The notes: generated by a model not told the origin, from the sequence alone. Shown: positions 31,388 to 53,244, counted from the stretch's first letter. The stretch is DNA of 64,000 nt from Octopus vulgaris (GCA_951406725.2 OX597819.1:121706001-121770000); one strand, 5' to 3'. Translations and numbers: made by a program.

Positions 31388-32500
31388 ATGTATCGATTAT
31401 TAGCCCTAGTCTTACTCGCTGTGGTAACCCATGGCCTGGATATAAGCCAGCTTTGTAAAACCATTTCTGGTAGTACTGGATCACAGTTTGTGCGGTCTCC
31501 TAACAACTGCAGCGAGTTTTTCAACTGTAAAGGACCTGTTTCTCGTCATGCAAAGCTTTCCTGTGGCAACAAGAGTGTATTTTCACAGGCTTTTCAGGTT
31601 TGTGTGTATCGGAAAAGTACTTACGACGACTGCAACCAGGAGATCTATGCCGGAAAAGTCCGTAAGTCTTATTTTAGCTTTTTAAAAACTTCATACACAA
31701 CCTCTACTGAAGTTTGCTCGACAAATTCGTCTCTCTTACTCTTGCCACCTCTACAATGTCTCATCCTATTATTGTTCTAATCTCCGTCCCCAGTAATTCC
31801 TTTTCAAGGCCTCAACCTTCTAGAATTCCCTAGGGTTAAACCTGTTGTTTTTGTTTTCATCGTCTTGTCTACCCCTGCTCGAGTATGTGTTTGTTTGTGT
31901 TCAAATATGTTTCTTTACGAAGTATGATGGTATTCGGCGGCGAGCTGGCAGAAACGTTATCGCCTGCCGTTACGTTGTGAGTTCAAATTCCGCCGAGGTC
32001 GACTTTGCCTTTCATCCTTTCGGGGTCGATAAATTAAGTACCAGTTACGCACTGGGGTCGATATAATCGACTTAATATCTATGTCTGTCCTTGTTTGTCC
32101 CCTCTATGTTTAGCCCCTTGTGGGTAGTAAAGAAATAGGTAGTCATGTAAATAACCATAGCTCAAATTCTATATCTACTGCCTAACACACACACACACAC
32201 ATTGTCTCTCCTTCTCACTCTTTTTCTCTTTCATACATACACACAAACATACGCACAGACATACACAAACTCGTTCTCTCTTGTTTACCTGTCCAGTTTA
32301 TAAATATAAAGCGTCATTAGAGACTCAACTAACCAACCAGCGAACATATATTTCGGCGATTACTACATAAAGATTTTATTTAGGTGCATGTACAACGCTT
32401 AGTGTATTGAAGTGATTCAAGTATACACCTGGTACTTATTTATCGTCACTGGATGGATAAATGACAAATTTGATTGTCAGAATCCAATGAATTTAAAATG

Positions 32501-32553
<53 letters not shown>

Positions 32554-32818
32554 GAATACTTATTTTTGTGTGCATTCAAAGTGACAGGAAGCTACGCATG
32601 TTCAGTAAAATAAAATTCCACTGAAGTAATAACAGCTATATACATTCGCATACACACACACACACACACACAGGAAATACATACGCACACGAACATACAT
32701 ACATACATACATACATACATACATACATAATTACATAGATACCATGGTGTTGTCTACTCCTTATGCAGAGTTTGACCACCACCTTCACCCACACCTTAGA
32801 ACCATCACGGTTCACACA

Positions 32819-32872
<54 letters not shown>

Positions 32873-33321
32873 ATCCAAACAAGAAAACAAAAACGAAAAG
32901 ACAACAACGCAAGGACGTGGAACAAATAAAGTATTATTGGACGCTCAAACTAAACACATGCTAGAAACACACTAACTCCAAGGATAGGAAACACCAAGAA
33001 CATTTTTCAATGGGCATTTTCCAAAAATGTTTACAGGGACTATATCTATACAGTCTCTGTAAATATATAAAAACACAATCACTACATATAACACAGAGAG
33101 AGAGACTTACATTACTCAAATTTACAAAAGAAAAACAAGCAAAACAAAAGATGAAGACGGTTGTGTAAGCAGCAAACAGATGTATTAGTTTAATGCTCTG
33201 GAAATGAGAAAGTCTTTTACGTTTCGAGCCTACGCTCTTCAACAGATATACATACATACATACATACATACATACATACATACATACATACATACATACA
33301 TACATACATACATACATACAT

Positions 33322-33359
<38 letters not shown>

Positions 33360-34245
33360 TATATATATATAATATTAATTAGAGACAAAACCACTATTTT
33401 GCAAAACAAACAAGGAAAGACTTAATCAATACATAAAATTTTAATAAAATATATATATATATATACACATAATGAACCACAACAAATATTATTGATCAGT
33501 ATCATTCTTCCACTGTCTAACCTATGTCTCTCTGATGACGGAATACCCAACTTACAGACCCTTCATTCGATACGATGCTCCAATAGCTGGCATATTCCAG
33601 AAACAACAGTCAGACTCTATTTTAAACTATTCTTACCATTCGTTATGTAGCAAAATTTAAATTGAATTAAATGAAATTAAATGTCTTTGTCCTGCCTTGC
33701 CTAATTGGTTACTTTTCCTCACTACTTTAACCTTCATACATACTGTTTCTGTTCCTTCTCGAGCCACGGCTGGCTCATAAGGGCCGGTTTCCCGGTTTCC
33801 TTGACGTATAGGTTCCCCACCTGGACGGGACGCCGGTCCGTCGCAGGTGAGCTGCAAGATGCAGGAGAAAAGAGTGAGATAAATTTGTGGCGAAAGAGTC
33901 AGCAGAAGTTCGCCATTCCCTTCTGCCGGAGCGGCGTGGAGCTTAGGTGAACCTGCTACGTCCAGTCGTCTCATTTCGTATCGTATTGTAGCATATATTA
34001 TCAATTTTACTACACGTAAATACTTAACAATTTTTCTACAAATACTAATCTATTTTCTAGGTGATTCGGTATGCAGAAGAGGAACTGGTATGAATCAAGA
34101 TCCAAAAGACTGTCAACGTTTTGTTCCTTGCTACGAACATATGGCTTACCCTTCGATGCCATGCCAGGAGGGGCTTCATTTTAGCTTTAACAGACAACAA
34201 TGTATGACACCAGAACGAGCCAAATGCCACATTAATAAACGATAA
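31388..34245 (+). CDS. Cluster gene 2: secreted double ChtBD2-like protein, 152 aa; join(31388..31661,34061..34245)
   Basis: Signal peptide MYRLLALVLLAVVTHG and a 6-Cys domain 1 (FVRSPNNCSEFFNC). Donor C|GTAAGT, branch point TACTAAT at 34043 and acceptor TATTTTCTAG|GT join in phase 1 to give Arg. Exon 2 (not in the ORF track) reads DSVCRRGTGMNQDPKDCQRFVPCYEHMAYPSMPCQEGLHFSFNRQQCMTPERAKCHINKR*. AATAAA at 34417. Confidence 0.92.
31937..32140 (+). mobile_element. SINE family B in the intron of gene 2
   Basis: Head and Nin-like core both present. Confidence 0.8.
33526..33615 (+). ncRNA. Degenerate hammerhead-ribozyme-like motif (Penelope-type)
   Basis: TCT-CTGATGA-CGGAATA...TATTCCA-GAAA-CAACA-GTC-AGA. 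Confidence 0.35.
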
Positions 34246-34570
34246 AACAATAATATTTGTAAATTTAGGCTGAAACGTGTTTTATAAAGATAAGATATGA
34301 AATCTTGGACATTAATGGTCAGTTAGCATCAGTTAAGTAATTTTTATGATACGAACTTGGGTTTTGTATTTTATGAAGCTAAAACGAAACATTTTTTTTC
34401 CAAAACGTTCATGTGTAATAAAATAAAAATTCGACATTTATCAAGTTTGTCTATTTTATTTTCACTTACATACTTTGATCGTCTGTTATCATTGATAAGC
34501 AGACGACATTTAAGCGTGATTTTTGTTTTGTACGTGCATTTTTTTTTGTTTTGCTAAAATTTGATTACTG

Positions 34571-34638
<68 letters not shown>

Positions 34639-34738
34639 GAATATATACATATGCATATATATAATATATAATATAATATATATAAAATTTATATCATATA
34701 TACTATATATACTATACTATAATATATATATATATATA

Positions 34739-35000
34739 TCTTTATATATATAAAACTGAGAATGTGTGTCTGTCTGTCTGTGTGTTTCCCTAAAACTTGA
34801 GAACTACACAACCAATTTCATTCAAATTTTACACATACCTTACTTAGGGTCCATGTAGTGTCATGGGCAAAAAAATGTTCAACTTCTTGCCTAGGGCGAG
34901 CCCATAGCAATATCATATCTTCTCCACTATTTCAGTATTACATGTTAAAAGTGAAACAAAAACATTTCTCTATTTTATGTCAGATACTTTCACTTTAACA
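34739..35000 (+). mobile_element. Helitron-like 5' portion
   Basis: A|TCTTTATATATATAAAACTGAGAATGTGTGTCTGTCTG start resembles the element at 58914. No clear 3' end. Confidence 0.5.
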
Positions 35001-36262
35001 ATAAAAATAATAATAACAATTGAATTATATGTAGTAAGTAATAATTAAAATCAAACTAAAGTATAATATAATCGTAACATAACAAAAGTAAAAATAGCAA
35101 TTGGTATAAAATTGCATCAATGACTTGAACTTGAATAAGTGGTTTCACATGAATGGGAATAAATTAAAAATAAAATAAGCGTGCAGAAATGGAATAGTCC
35201 AGATGGAGGTGTGCACATACCTCGACTCGAACCTTGCAAAGTGGAAATATTTAAATTTTCACCTTTATATCTGGGACGTAGGACGTCCCGGATAAAAATT
35301 TAAAATGTCCCCCCAGAAGTAGAGGTAGGCTGGATTGTAGGCACACTTCTATACAGGAGGGAGGATAACATACAATTGATCGAAATTGCAAGAGACGGAC
35401 TAACAATTCCAGTCTGTCATATATTTTGAGTATTGTTATCACTAGCGATATCAAGATATAACTTAGGGAACTGGACCCGAATACTTTTATCTGGACACTT
35501 AGAAAAAGAATAAAGTCATGATGACTTCATAACTGCACAGCTGTTTCATTCCTTAAAGAAATTTTTGAAAATAAAATAGAATCCTTAATACAAACAAACA
35601 TTTTCGCATTAATTGCTTACCCTAATCAATGATATATATTTTTTATTTCCATAAGTCATTGCATCCATATTTAGCCGGAAATTAGTGGATTTTAGCCATA
35701 AATTATCTTACTCTTTCAGATTTACTTCGAGAATAATTCATGACTTTTATTGCCTGAAATTGTATAAAGAGTTTATTGATCTTTTGAATAGACACATACA
35801 CTTCAAGGGTCAATGCTGATCATTTAGTCGTCCCCTTCTCTGACCCAATAATACCCATTTTCATCTCCACTATTATTAGCAGCTTACGATTTGCAGGGTC
35901 ATACACACATCAGTAAATTTGGACGATGCGTATATATCGTGTTTACGTTTACTGTCTAAAACACCGGCATTTAGACTGGAAGAATGAGACGCGTACACTT
36001 ATAAGCTGCGATGGAACTTGCATTTCGATAGAAAGTATTTTAACAAAAGGCGGAGAGCTGACAGAAATGCGTAGCTGTATTTCGTCTGTTGTTACGTTCT
36101 GAGTTCCAATTCCGCCGAGGTTGAATTTGCCTTTCACCCTTTCGGGCTCGATAAATTAGGTACCAGTTGCGTATTGGGGTTGATCTAATGGACTGGCTCC
36201 TCCATAAAAATTTCAGGCCTTGTGCCTAGAGTAGAAAAAAATATTTTAACCAAGTGTGACAA

Positions 36263-36437
36263 TAGGCACAGGAGTGGCTGTGTGGCAAGTAGCTTGCTTA
36301 CCAACCACATGGTTCTGAGTTCAGTCCCACTGCGTGGCACCTTGGGCAAGTGTCTTCTACTATAGCCTCGGGCCGCCCAAAGCCTTGTGAGTGAATTTGG
36401 TATACGGAAACTGAAAGAAGCCCGTTGTGTATATGTA

Positions 36438-36526
<89 letters not shown>

Positions 36527-36665
36527 GTGTCTGTGTTTGTCCCCCCAACATCGCTTGACAACCGATGCTGGTGTGTTTACTTCCCCGAAAGTTAGCGGTT
36601 CAGCAAAAGAGACCGATAGGATAAGTACTAGGCTTACAAAGAGTAAGTTGTGGGGTTGATTTGTT
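36263..36665 (+). mobile_element. SINE family A
   Basis: Head, body and internal microsatellite. Confidence 0.85.
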
Positions 36666-37116
36666 CCATATCTAGACATGCTCATATATACTTAAATGGT
36701 AAATTTCTAGAAAGTTTTACAGATTTTTAAAGTTCCAATCATGGCTTGGATCTGTAGTCTTCGAATCAACTTTCTCCTTTCTGGTTTTGAGAAGCCTAAT
36801 TTCTCAAGATTGGTATTTAGGTAGTGTTTCATATCCCAGTGCACAAATAATTACAAAAATAAGTCTGAACTCGTTATCTAGATAGAGTAACTGCAGATTT
36901 CTCAATAGCTTAGCGTAAGTGTTCTCTTTTTCACTGATCTTCAGCTTTATGTTAAGATCCGCTGGGTAGCTAATCTCCATAACTGTGCACAGTTTCACTT
37001 CTCTATTCCAAGTAATTGTTCAGTTTTATTTCAAGATTTCTTACCAAAAGAGAAAGGGCCGGTTTCTAATTTCAAAATCAACAACAGGTCATTGTTGTAA
37101 GTATGTATGTATGTAA

Positions 37117-37147
<31 letters not shown>

Positions 37148-37634
37148 TGTATGTATGTATGTATGTATGTATGTATGCATGCATATATGTGTGCGTGCGT
37201 ATGTGCAGATTTGATGTATGTATTCTCATGCATATAGTTGCATATCTAGACATGCTCATATATATTTAACTGATAAGCTTCTAGAACGTTTTACAGATTT
37301 TTACAGTTCCAGTGATGGATTGAATCCGTATGTATGTGTGTATATATGTATTTATGTATGTATGTATGTATGTATGTATGTATGTATGTATGTATGTACG
37401 TGTGTGTGTATTGTTATCCAAGATGGAGAAGACGGGTACCAACGTCCCTTGTAACATCCTATGTCACGCTGAACCTCCGTGAGAACAAAGTAAAGGTTAC
37501 GCTCAGAGCCGGCACATTAACTTCACCAGTAGGCTGTTCCGTTGATCGGATCAATTTGAACCCACGTTGTCGTAACCGACGCAGTGTCAGTCTTTACTCA
37601 TAAATTTACAGTGTTTTTTCTTTTTTCAGTAACA

Positions 37635-37789
37635 AGAGTGGCTATGTGATAAGTAACTTGCTTACCAACCACATGGTTCCGGGTTCAGTCCCACTGTGTG
37701 GCACCTTGGGCAAGTGTCTTCTACTATAGCCTCGGGCTGACCAAAGCCTTGTGAGTGGATTTGGTTGACGGAAACTGAAAGAAGCCCGT

Positions 37790-37851
<62 letters not shown>

Positions 37852-38071
37852 CGTATATGTTTGTGTGTCTGTGATTGTCCCCCTAGCATTACTTGACAAC
37901 CGATGCTGGTGTGTTTACGTCCCCGTCACTTAGCGGTTCGGCAAAAGAGACCGATAGGATAAGTACTGGGCTTACAAAAGAATAAGTCCCGGGGTCGAGT
38001 TGCTCGACTAAAGGCGGTGCTCCAGCATGGCCGCAGTCAAATGACTGAAACAAGTAAAAGAGTAAAAGAGT
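37635..38071 (+). mobile_element. SINE family A
   Basis: Nearly full length, very similar to the copy at 853-1259. Confidence 0.88.
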
Positions 38072-38638
38072 AATGAGTAAGATCCTACTTCGAACACTTT
38101 TCTCTCTCTTTGTTCCAAACGACAAAATACAAAGAAACAGTTCAAGTCTACGATGGCAATCGTCTGAACGAAACAATTTCAACATCAACAGACAAAGACT
38201 GCAGATTATATAAACACTCCTTAGCTGACTCGAACTTTCTGTTCACTTAAATAGACACAAGGGCCGTTAGTATCGTGTTGTGGCTTCTAGACACTTCCTA
38301 ATCGATTAGTTAATAAAACTACTAATCACCAGGATTTATGAGTGAATAGTCATTTGGGAGTAGATTAAAACTATTGTTAATATACTCACGTCTGCAAATA
38401 TTTACCACCAGTCTATAATAGTATTTGTCTTTGCTATTGTGTCAACGAATATAAGTATGCATGTTTATACACACACACATACACACACATACACACATAT
38501 ACATACATACATGCATATATGCATATACTCATGCACACATATTCATACATACTCAGACACATATATGTTTACATGCATTTGTGTTTTGTAAAGCAGACGT
38601 AGGTGTATTGCGTTACGTTGTATGTAATGTATAATAGG

Positions 38639-38693
<55 letters not shown>

Positions 38694-38792
38694 AGCAAAT
38701 AATAATAATAATTGTCAACTTGTTGTCTCTTGAGGTTCCTGGGTGAGACTTGGAGCCAACTTGTACAAATGCAAAGCAAAAGTCAAACATAA

Positions 38793-38863
<71 letters not shown>

Positions 38864-39039
38864 GAAGAAGAAGAAGAAGAAGAAGAAGAAAAAGATGCAA
38901 AAAGATATATACATAAAATAAGTACCAGGATTTAAAAGATATTCTAAGGTCGAATCATTCGATTGAAATTCTTCAAGGCGGTGCCCCAGCATGGCCGCAG
39001 TCTCATGATTGAAACAAGGAAAGAATAAAAAGATTTTAT

Positions 39040-41121
<2,082 letters not shown>

Positions 41122-41881
41122 GAATGCTTAGCGGTATTTCGTCTGCCGTTACGTTCTGAGTTCAAATTCCGCTGAGGACGTCTTTGCCTTTCATCCTTTC
41201 GTAGTCGATATATTAAGTACCAGTTGCCTACTGGGGTTGATCTAATTGATTGCCGCCCCCAACTCCAAAAATTTCGAGCCTTGTGCCTAGTGTAGAAAAG
41301 TGTATTTAATATATATAGTTATTGGAAGGCGGCGTGCTAACGTTTCTTATTTCTTTATTGCCCACAAGAGAGGATAAGCAAGGACGGACAAACGGATTAA
41401 GTCAATTACATCGACCCCAGTGCGTAACTGGTACTTATTTAATCGACCCCGAAAGGAGGAAAGGCAAAGTCGACCTCGGCGGAATTGGAACTCAGAACGT
41501 AACGGCAGACGAAATACCTATTTCCCATTTCTTTTCGTCCCTTCTGTGTTTACACAGAAGAGACAAGGAGAGACAAAGGGATTAAGTCGATTATATCAAA
41601 CCTAGTGCGTAAATGGTACTTATTTAATCGACCCCGAAAGGATGAAAGGCAAAGTCGACCTCGGTGGAACTGGAACTCAGAAAGTAACCGCAGTCGAAAT
41701 ACTGCTAAGCATTTCGCCCGGCGTGCTAACGTTTCTGCCAGCTCGTCGCCTTGGAACGGACGAAATATGGCTAAACCCTTTTGGCGACGTGATAACGATT
41801 CTGACAACTTCCCTCCTTTGAAGTATGTAATAATGTCAGTTTGGTCATTTAAATCTTTGTAATAGTTGTGCTGGAGGTATA

Positions 41882-42098
41882 CGAGGGGGTGCTGAAAAGT
41901 TCTTGGCTTTGGGCAAAAGAAAATACAGGAGGTTCAGTTAATTAGGATTATATTCAACATATTCCTCTGTCAGATTCACAGACTTAATGCAACAGAACTT
42001 CAGTTTTTCGAAGCCATGTAAAAGGACTCAGAAGTTTGGGCCTCCAGCCAGGCATTTCGCGATATTCTTAAAGCCAGGAACTTTCCAGCATCCCTTCG
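41882..42098. mobile_element. Mariner-type MITE, 217 bp
   Basis: TA|CGAGGGGGTGCTGAAAAGTTCTTGGCTTT ... AAAGCCAGGAACTTTCCAGCATCCCTTCG|TA. Confidence 0.85.
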
Positions 42099-42132
42099 TA
42101 TGTATGCATATGGTTGTTCCTCAGCTTTCGGT

Positions 42133-42166
<34 letters not shown>

Positions 42167-42911
42167 TGTATGTATGTATGTATGTATGTATGTATGTATG
42201 TATGTATGTATGTATGTATGTATGTATGTATGTATGTATGTATGTATGTATGTATGTATATATGTATGTATGTATAATGTCAGATCACCTGTGAGGTCCC
42301 GCATGAATGCTATTGGTACCATGGAATTCAATACGACACGTTGTATGGTCGGGTTGTCGGCGACTAAAACGGCAACCCCGCTAGGCTTGGCTGTTGAAGA
42401 AGGGTGTTAGAAACCCATGAGCTATTGCTAAAACATACCTTGAGAAGGACCCTGATATGAAGCCAGAGATGCAATGAATAGCAGTGGCCATTTTTTGGTC
42501 TTTTGCTTGCACATGAGATCTCAGCGCTCTCACAATCCCGAGCCTGTGACCCATATTGGCACCGGATGTCTCTTGCCCTGGTTTGTCTCTAGATCATGTC
42601 AATGGGTTTGAAAGGGTCTGTGAGGTGTTGTACAAGCCTTATTGGACCTAAAAGTTTAGATTGCACAACTGCCGGCGAGGCGACATTCCGACGCCCAGTC
42701 GAGTAAGTGGGCGCCGTGGAAGCATGGAAATTGGGACATGAATCTAGGTGAAGCTGACCTCGAGTGCAATAACCACTTGCGAGGGTGCTGCTAACATTAT
42801 GCATGGGAAACGGTCAGTGATGGTCGTCCTGTGTCAAAAGGACAGCCACGTATGTATGTATGTATGTATGTATGTATGTATGTATGTATGTATGTATGTA
42901 TCTATCTATCG

Positions 42912-42947
<36 letters not shown>

Positions 42948-43692
42948 CTTTTGCATGACACTATTGCCCAAGGTTCCCGTGTTATTTTCCGTAGGCTTTT
43001 CTATCCACGGATAAACCTAATCTGTTTTCCCTTTTTACATTGACATTTCTGCGATACACGATCCCTGTTGATCGGTCCCACTTTTCTTTTTTCTTTTTTT
43101 TTTTCCCGATCCCTTTTGATCGGAATTGGCTCCCCCCACCTTTTCCCCTTCTCTTCTTCATAAAAAGAAAAACTCTACTTTGTATTTTGTCCCTTCTGTG
43201 TTTAGCCCTACGTGGGCAATAAAGAAATCTATCTATGCATGCAGGCATGTATGTATGTCCTCCTGTATTTTTAATTGTTTAACATCTTGTAAAGAAAGAA
43301 CTGGTTGGAACTTGAAAAAGTCTGTCTCTCTGGTAGATTGTATTTGTAACGTGTGAGTTAGCGGAGCGATTTCTTTCTCTGAAAGCCCCGGCTTTTCCAG
43401 ACTGTCACTAAAGCACTTACCCACAAAACCAAGTGTACCTATTTTATTGGTATAAATGTGAATTTACAATCTGGATATAGAACTTGGGATGTTCCGGAGC
43501 AGTTGTCCACAGCTTTCTTCTTTCTGTTTGATTTTTGAAGAGATACGATCTGGACATGCGGTTTGTGTTTGGTTGTGTAAATTTCTGAGTTGATAAACAT
43601 GTCAAACGCACTTGTTACGAAGTCTCTATAAGAAATAAATTACCGCTACCCCCACTCCCGACTGACAAACATAGAGATATAGACTTTTCAGA

Positions 43693-43727
<35 letters not shown>

Positions 43728-43858
43728 GCCATATGTATGTAGGGTATGTATCTGTATTGGTATGTATTGATAGATATGTGTCCATGTATATAAGTATTAA
43801 TGTATGTATGCATGGGAGTACGTACGTATGAATGTATGTATATATGTATGCATGTATG

Positions 43859-43906
<48 letters not shown>

Positions 43907-44343
43907 TGTATGTGTGTATGTATATATGTACTGAGAAAGTGAGCAATTGAGTAATCAATCGAACTTATTTACGTCTGATATTAGTGTGCATGTATGTATT
44001 TATGTATGTATATATATACACACACATACATACATATATATACATTATGTACATGTGTGTGCGTATATATATGTATATATGCATATATGTGTGTGTGTAT
44101 ATATATATATATATATGTGTATATATATATGTATATGCTTATGTATGTATTTGTATATACATGTATGCATGTCTGCATACGCACTTGTATGTATGTGCGT
44201 ATGTACGTATGTATGTTTGTGTATGTATGTATATGTGTGTATGTGTGTATGTATGTATGTACGTATGTATGTGTGTATGTATGTGTGTATGCATGTATAG
44301 TGTGGATAAGATTTTAAATCCGCCTGACAGCGAGGTGTAGAAC

Positions 44344-49543
<5,200 letters not shown>

Positions 49544-50558
49544 ACGAAATGAATCGAATGATGTAGTGTTTGTTATTGAACAGGGAGTTGAAGACGAGGA
49601 TAAATTAGCATAATGTGCTGATGAGTACATGCCTTTCACTGGATGGAGTACATTCTCTTTTAATCCTAACTATAACAGAACAACGCGGAGTAGACGAAAC
49701 AGGGACAACTGAAGAAGGGGAATATTCCTTGTGTTGTATGTCTTGCTTCTCTGTTTTTTCGTTGTTTGAAAAAAAGTTCGTTTCTATGGTTTTGTTTTTA
49801 TGTTTTCGTTCCTCATTGAGTTCAACATTTTTTTGATGTCCTGTACCCATATATGCATGTATATATACATATATATATAGGTATGTACATATATGTATGC
49901 ATAAATGCATATATTTATATATTATTTATATTTGATATATATATATATATATATATACATACATACACACACACACACACATGTACCGCACAATGTCAGT
50001 GAAGCCAAAACCACGTTGCTGCAAACCGAATTTTTTAACCAAACATCCAAGCCAAGCCTATGAAGTATTTTTATTCTTTTTCCTTTATTTAGTCTATTTA
50101 TTTTGTGTGCGTTTCAAGTTTCATGCGGCGAACATGTTTAATGTTGGTTTCAAACTTTAGCCCAAGACAAGCAATGTCAGGGAGTGGATTAGTCAGATTA
50201 AATCAACCCCAATGCTCAACTGGTATATATCTCATCGACCTCAAAATGGTTAAAACGCAAAGTCAACCTCGGCGGAATTTGGACTGAGGACATACATACG
50301 GACGAAATGCCGCTAAGCATTTTGCCAGCTCGCATCCTTCTAAGAACATTAATTTTGATTTCAAATAAGGCGGCGAGCTGGCAGAAACGTTAGCACGACG
50401 GGCGAAATGCTTAGCGGTACTTCGTCTGTCTTTACATTCTGAGTTCAAATTCCGCCGAGGTCGACTTTACCTTTCATCCTTTCAGGGTTGATAAAATAAG
50501 TACCAGTTGAATACTGATTTACTTCGCATTGTTTGGCCTTACTCACGATCTTTTGTAC

Positions 50559-50649
<91 letters not shown>

Positions 50650-51028
50650 GTGTGGGTTTGTATATCCCTCACTATTGCTTGACAACCAGTATTGGTGTAT
50701 TTACATACCGGTAACTTAGCAGTTCGGCAAAAGAGACCAATGGAATAAAAACCAGGCTTAAAATAAATAGGAACTGGAGATGATTCTACATTATCATGAA
50801 TAAAACAAATAAAAGTTGAAAGACATCTGTACATTAGTAGAAGTGATACAAGTTTATTAGTACTCTGCAGTACAAGTAAACTAGTCTGGCGATCGCAGGT
50901 ATTTGGCGTGCCCTCTCAGAAAATTGTGCGGAATATGAGAGGTTGTGGAATATGATTATCCGGAAAGTCGTATCTGTATGTAGAAACCCACGGGTATTGA
51001 GGTTAGTAGAATCAATATAGTGCAGGAA

Positions 51029-51410
51029 GTTAGCACGCCGGGCGAAATGCTTTGCGGTATTTCGTCTGCCGTTACGTTCTGAGTTCAAATTCCGCCGAGG
51101 TCGACTTTGCCTTTCATCCTTTCGGGGTCGATAAATTAAGTACCAGTTACGCGCTGGGGTCGATATAATCGACTTAATACCTATGTCTGTCCATGTTTGT
51201 CCCCTCTATGTTTAGCCCCTTGTGGGTAATAAAGAAATAGGTATTTCGTCTGTCGTTACGTTCTGAGTTCAAATTCCGCCGAGGTCGACTTTGCCTTTCA
51301 TCGTTTCGGGGTCGATAAATTAAATACCAAACGCGTACCGGGATCGATCTAATCGATTGGCCCCCTTCCCCAAAATTTCGGGTCTTGTGCCTAGAGTAGA
51401 AAAGAATTTA
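51029..51410 (+). mobile_element. SINE family B, dimeric
   Basis: Same organisation as 8460-8840. Confidence 0.82.
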
Positions 51411-52070
51411 ATGTCGAAAGAAAATGCCTTGCGGTATTAGTTCCGGCCCTTCAGGCTCTGATTTCGAATCCTGCTGAGGTTTGTTTTGCTTTTCAACTTT
51501 TCATCCTTCCGAAATATTTAAAATAAAGTATCGGTTAAGAACCGTAGTCGATGGTGTCGACAGAGCCCCCGCTCCCACAAAATTTCTGGTCTTGTGCATA
51601 AATTAGAAACACTATATAGGGTCCGGTCAGATTCATTGGTCCGGGTACTTCTTGCTGACGTGACACGACATGTCGAAACACGGGTGTCACAGAATCCCTT
51701 ATACTAAACAAGGCAACAAGTATATTCTCGTTCCAACCTACCAGAATGTATTAAGTACACACACATATATATGTGTGTGTGTGTGTGAGTGTGCGTGTGG
51801 AGACGCAATGGCCCAGTGGTTAGGGCAGCGGACTCGCGGTCGGAGGATCGCGGTTTCGATTCCCAGACCGGGCGTTGTGTATGTTTATTGAACGAAAACA
51901 CTAAAAAGCTCCACAAGGCTCCGGCAGCGGGTGATGGCGACCTCTGTTGTACTCTTTCGCCACAACTTTCTCTCACTCTCTCTTCCTATTTCTTGAGTAA
52001 CGCTGCAATGGACTGGCGCCACAGAAACCGGGAAACCGGACCCATGAGCTCAGCTAGGCTTGGAAAGGGC

Positions 52071-52150
<80 letters not shown>

Positions 52151-52921
52151 GTATGCATGCATGTATGTATATGCATATAAAACGTAAAGGACTAGGGATT
52201 TGGAATCTGGGTAGGTACCTTATTAATATTCTGGCATAATCCACGTTCTCGCTAACCACATCGAATGATAGAGAACACATAAAATTGTTTAAATTTAAGG
52301 TAACCAACTACACGATACTTCACTCGACAGGTAAGTCTTAAGTTCGCTTCCTAAGATTTTATTCTCTGTATGATATATAAATAAATATGTGTGTGTGTGT
52401 GTGTGTGTGTACAAGTCGTTTTGAGTCCCAAGTTCACTGCGTATATGACGATTTATTATAGAGAATTTCAAATAGATAAAAGTCGAACAACTGTATACAG
52501 TTTTAAAGAATTTTTATTACATATGTGAAAACACGTTTCCTCGAAAATCTTATTGAATAAGAAAAACCGCCAGGAAGGATCATTCCAGAAGCCGAAAACC
52601 ATTTCTGGAATATAAAAATATTAAAAAAATGAAAGATTTAAATGGTATGTCTTATAGCGTATATCGTTAAGTATCATATCAAATACACAAAATCTTATCA
52701 ATGTAATTGTACAGTAATGTAGCCTGGCTATGTATGCACCCGTACACCCCTCCCACACCGTAATCTTTTGTTCGTTTCAGTCATTGGACAGCAGCCTTCC
52801 TGGGGCACCGCCGTAATGAATATTAGTCAAATGGATCAACCCCTGTATATTTTTGTCTTTTTTAAAAAAAGTTATGGGGACGTAGACACACCATCACCGA
52901 TTATCAACACAAATTACACAC

Positions 52922-52977
<56 letters not shown>

Positions 52978-53079
52978 GGAGTAAACACATAAATGTGAAA
53001 CAAGGTGGAAAAAAGAGTACTCAAATACCAGTGGTAGAGTAATATGCTTTATTTAAAGCAGCAGAAAATTCAACAAAAC

Positions 53080-53117
53080 CTGTTACTCTGAGTTTCACGT
53101 TGCCGTTCGTCGGACAG
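53080..53117 (-). ncRNA. Minimal type I hammerhead-ribozyme-like motif, left arm of palindrome
   Basis: CTGT-CCGACGA-ACG-GCAA-CGT-GAAA-CTC-A-GAG-TA-ACAG on the minus strand. Confidence 0.5.
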
Positions 53118-53144
53118 TTTTTGCTAGTTTTTTTCTAGCAAAAG

Positions 53145-53182
53145 CTGTCCGACGAACGGCAACGTGAAACTCAGAGTAACAG
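53145..53182 (+). ncRNA. Minimal type I hammerhead-ribozyme-like motif, right arm of palindrome
   Basis: Stem I CTGT/ACAG, core CCGACGA (U4C variant of CUGANGA), stem II ACG/CGT with a GCAA loop, GAAA, quasi-palindromic stem III and a GUA triplet at 53176-53178. Confidence 0.5.
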
Positions 53183-53209
53183 GTTTTGTTGAATTTTCTG
53201 CTGCTTTAA

Positions 53210-53244
<35 letters not shown>

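Noticed and set aside
51797-51872. tRNA gene
   Set aside because: It continues into a repeated SINE body and lacks a complete acceptor stem. All tRNA-like sequences here are SINE heads.
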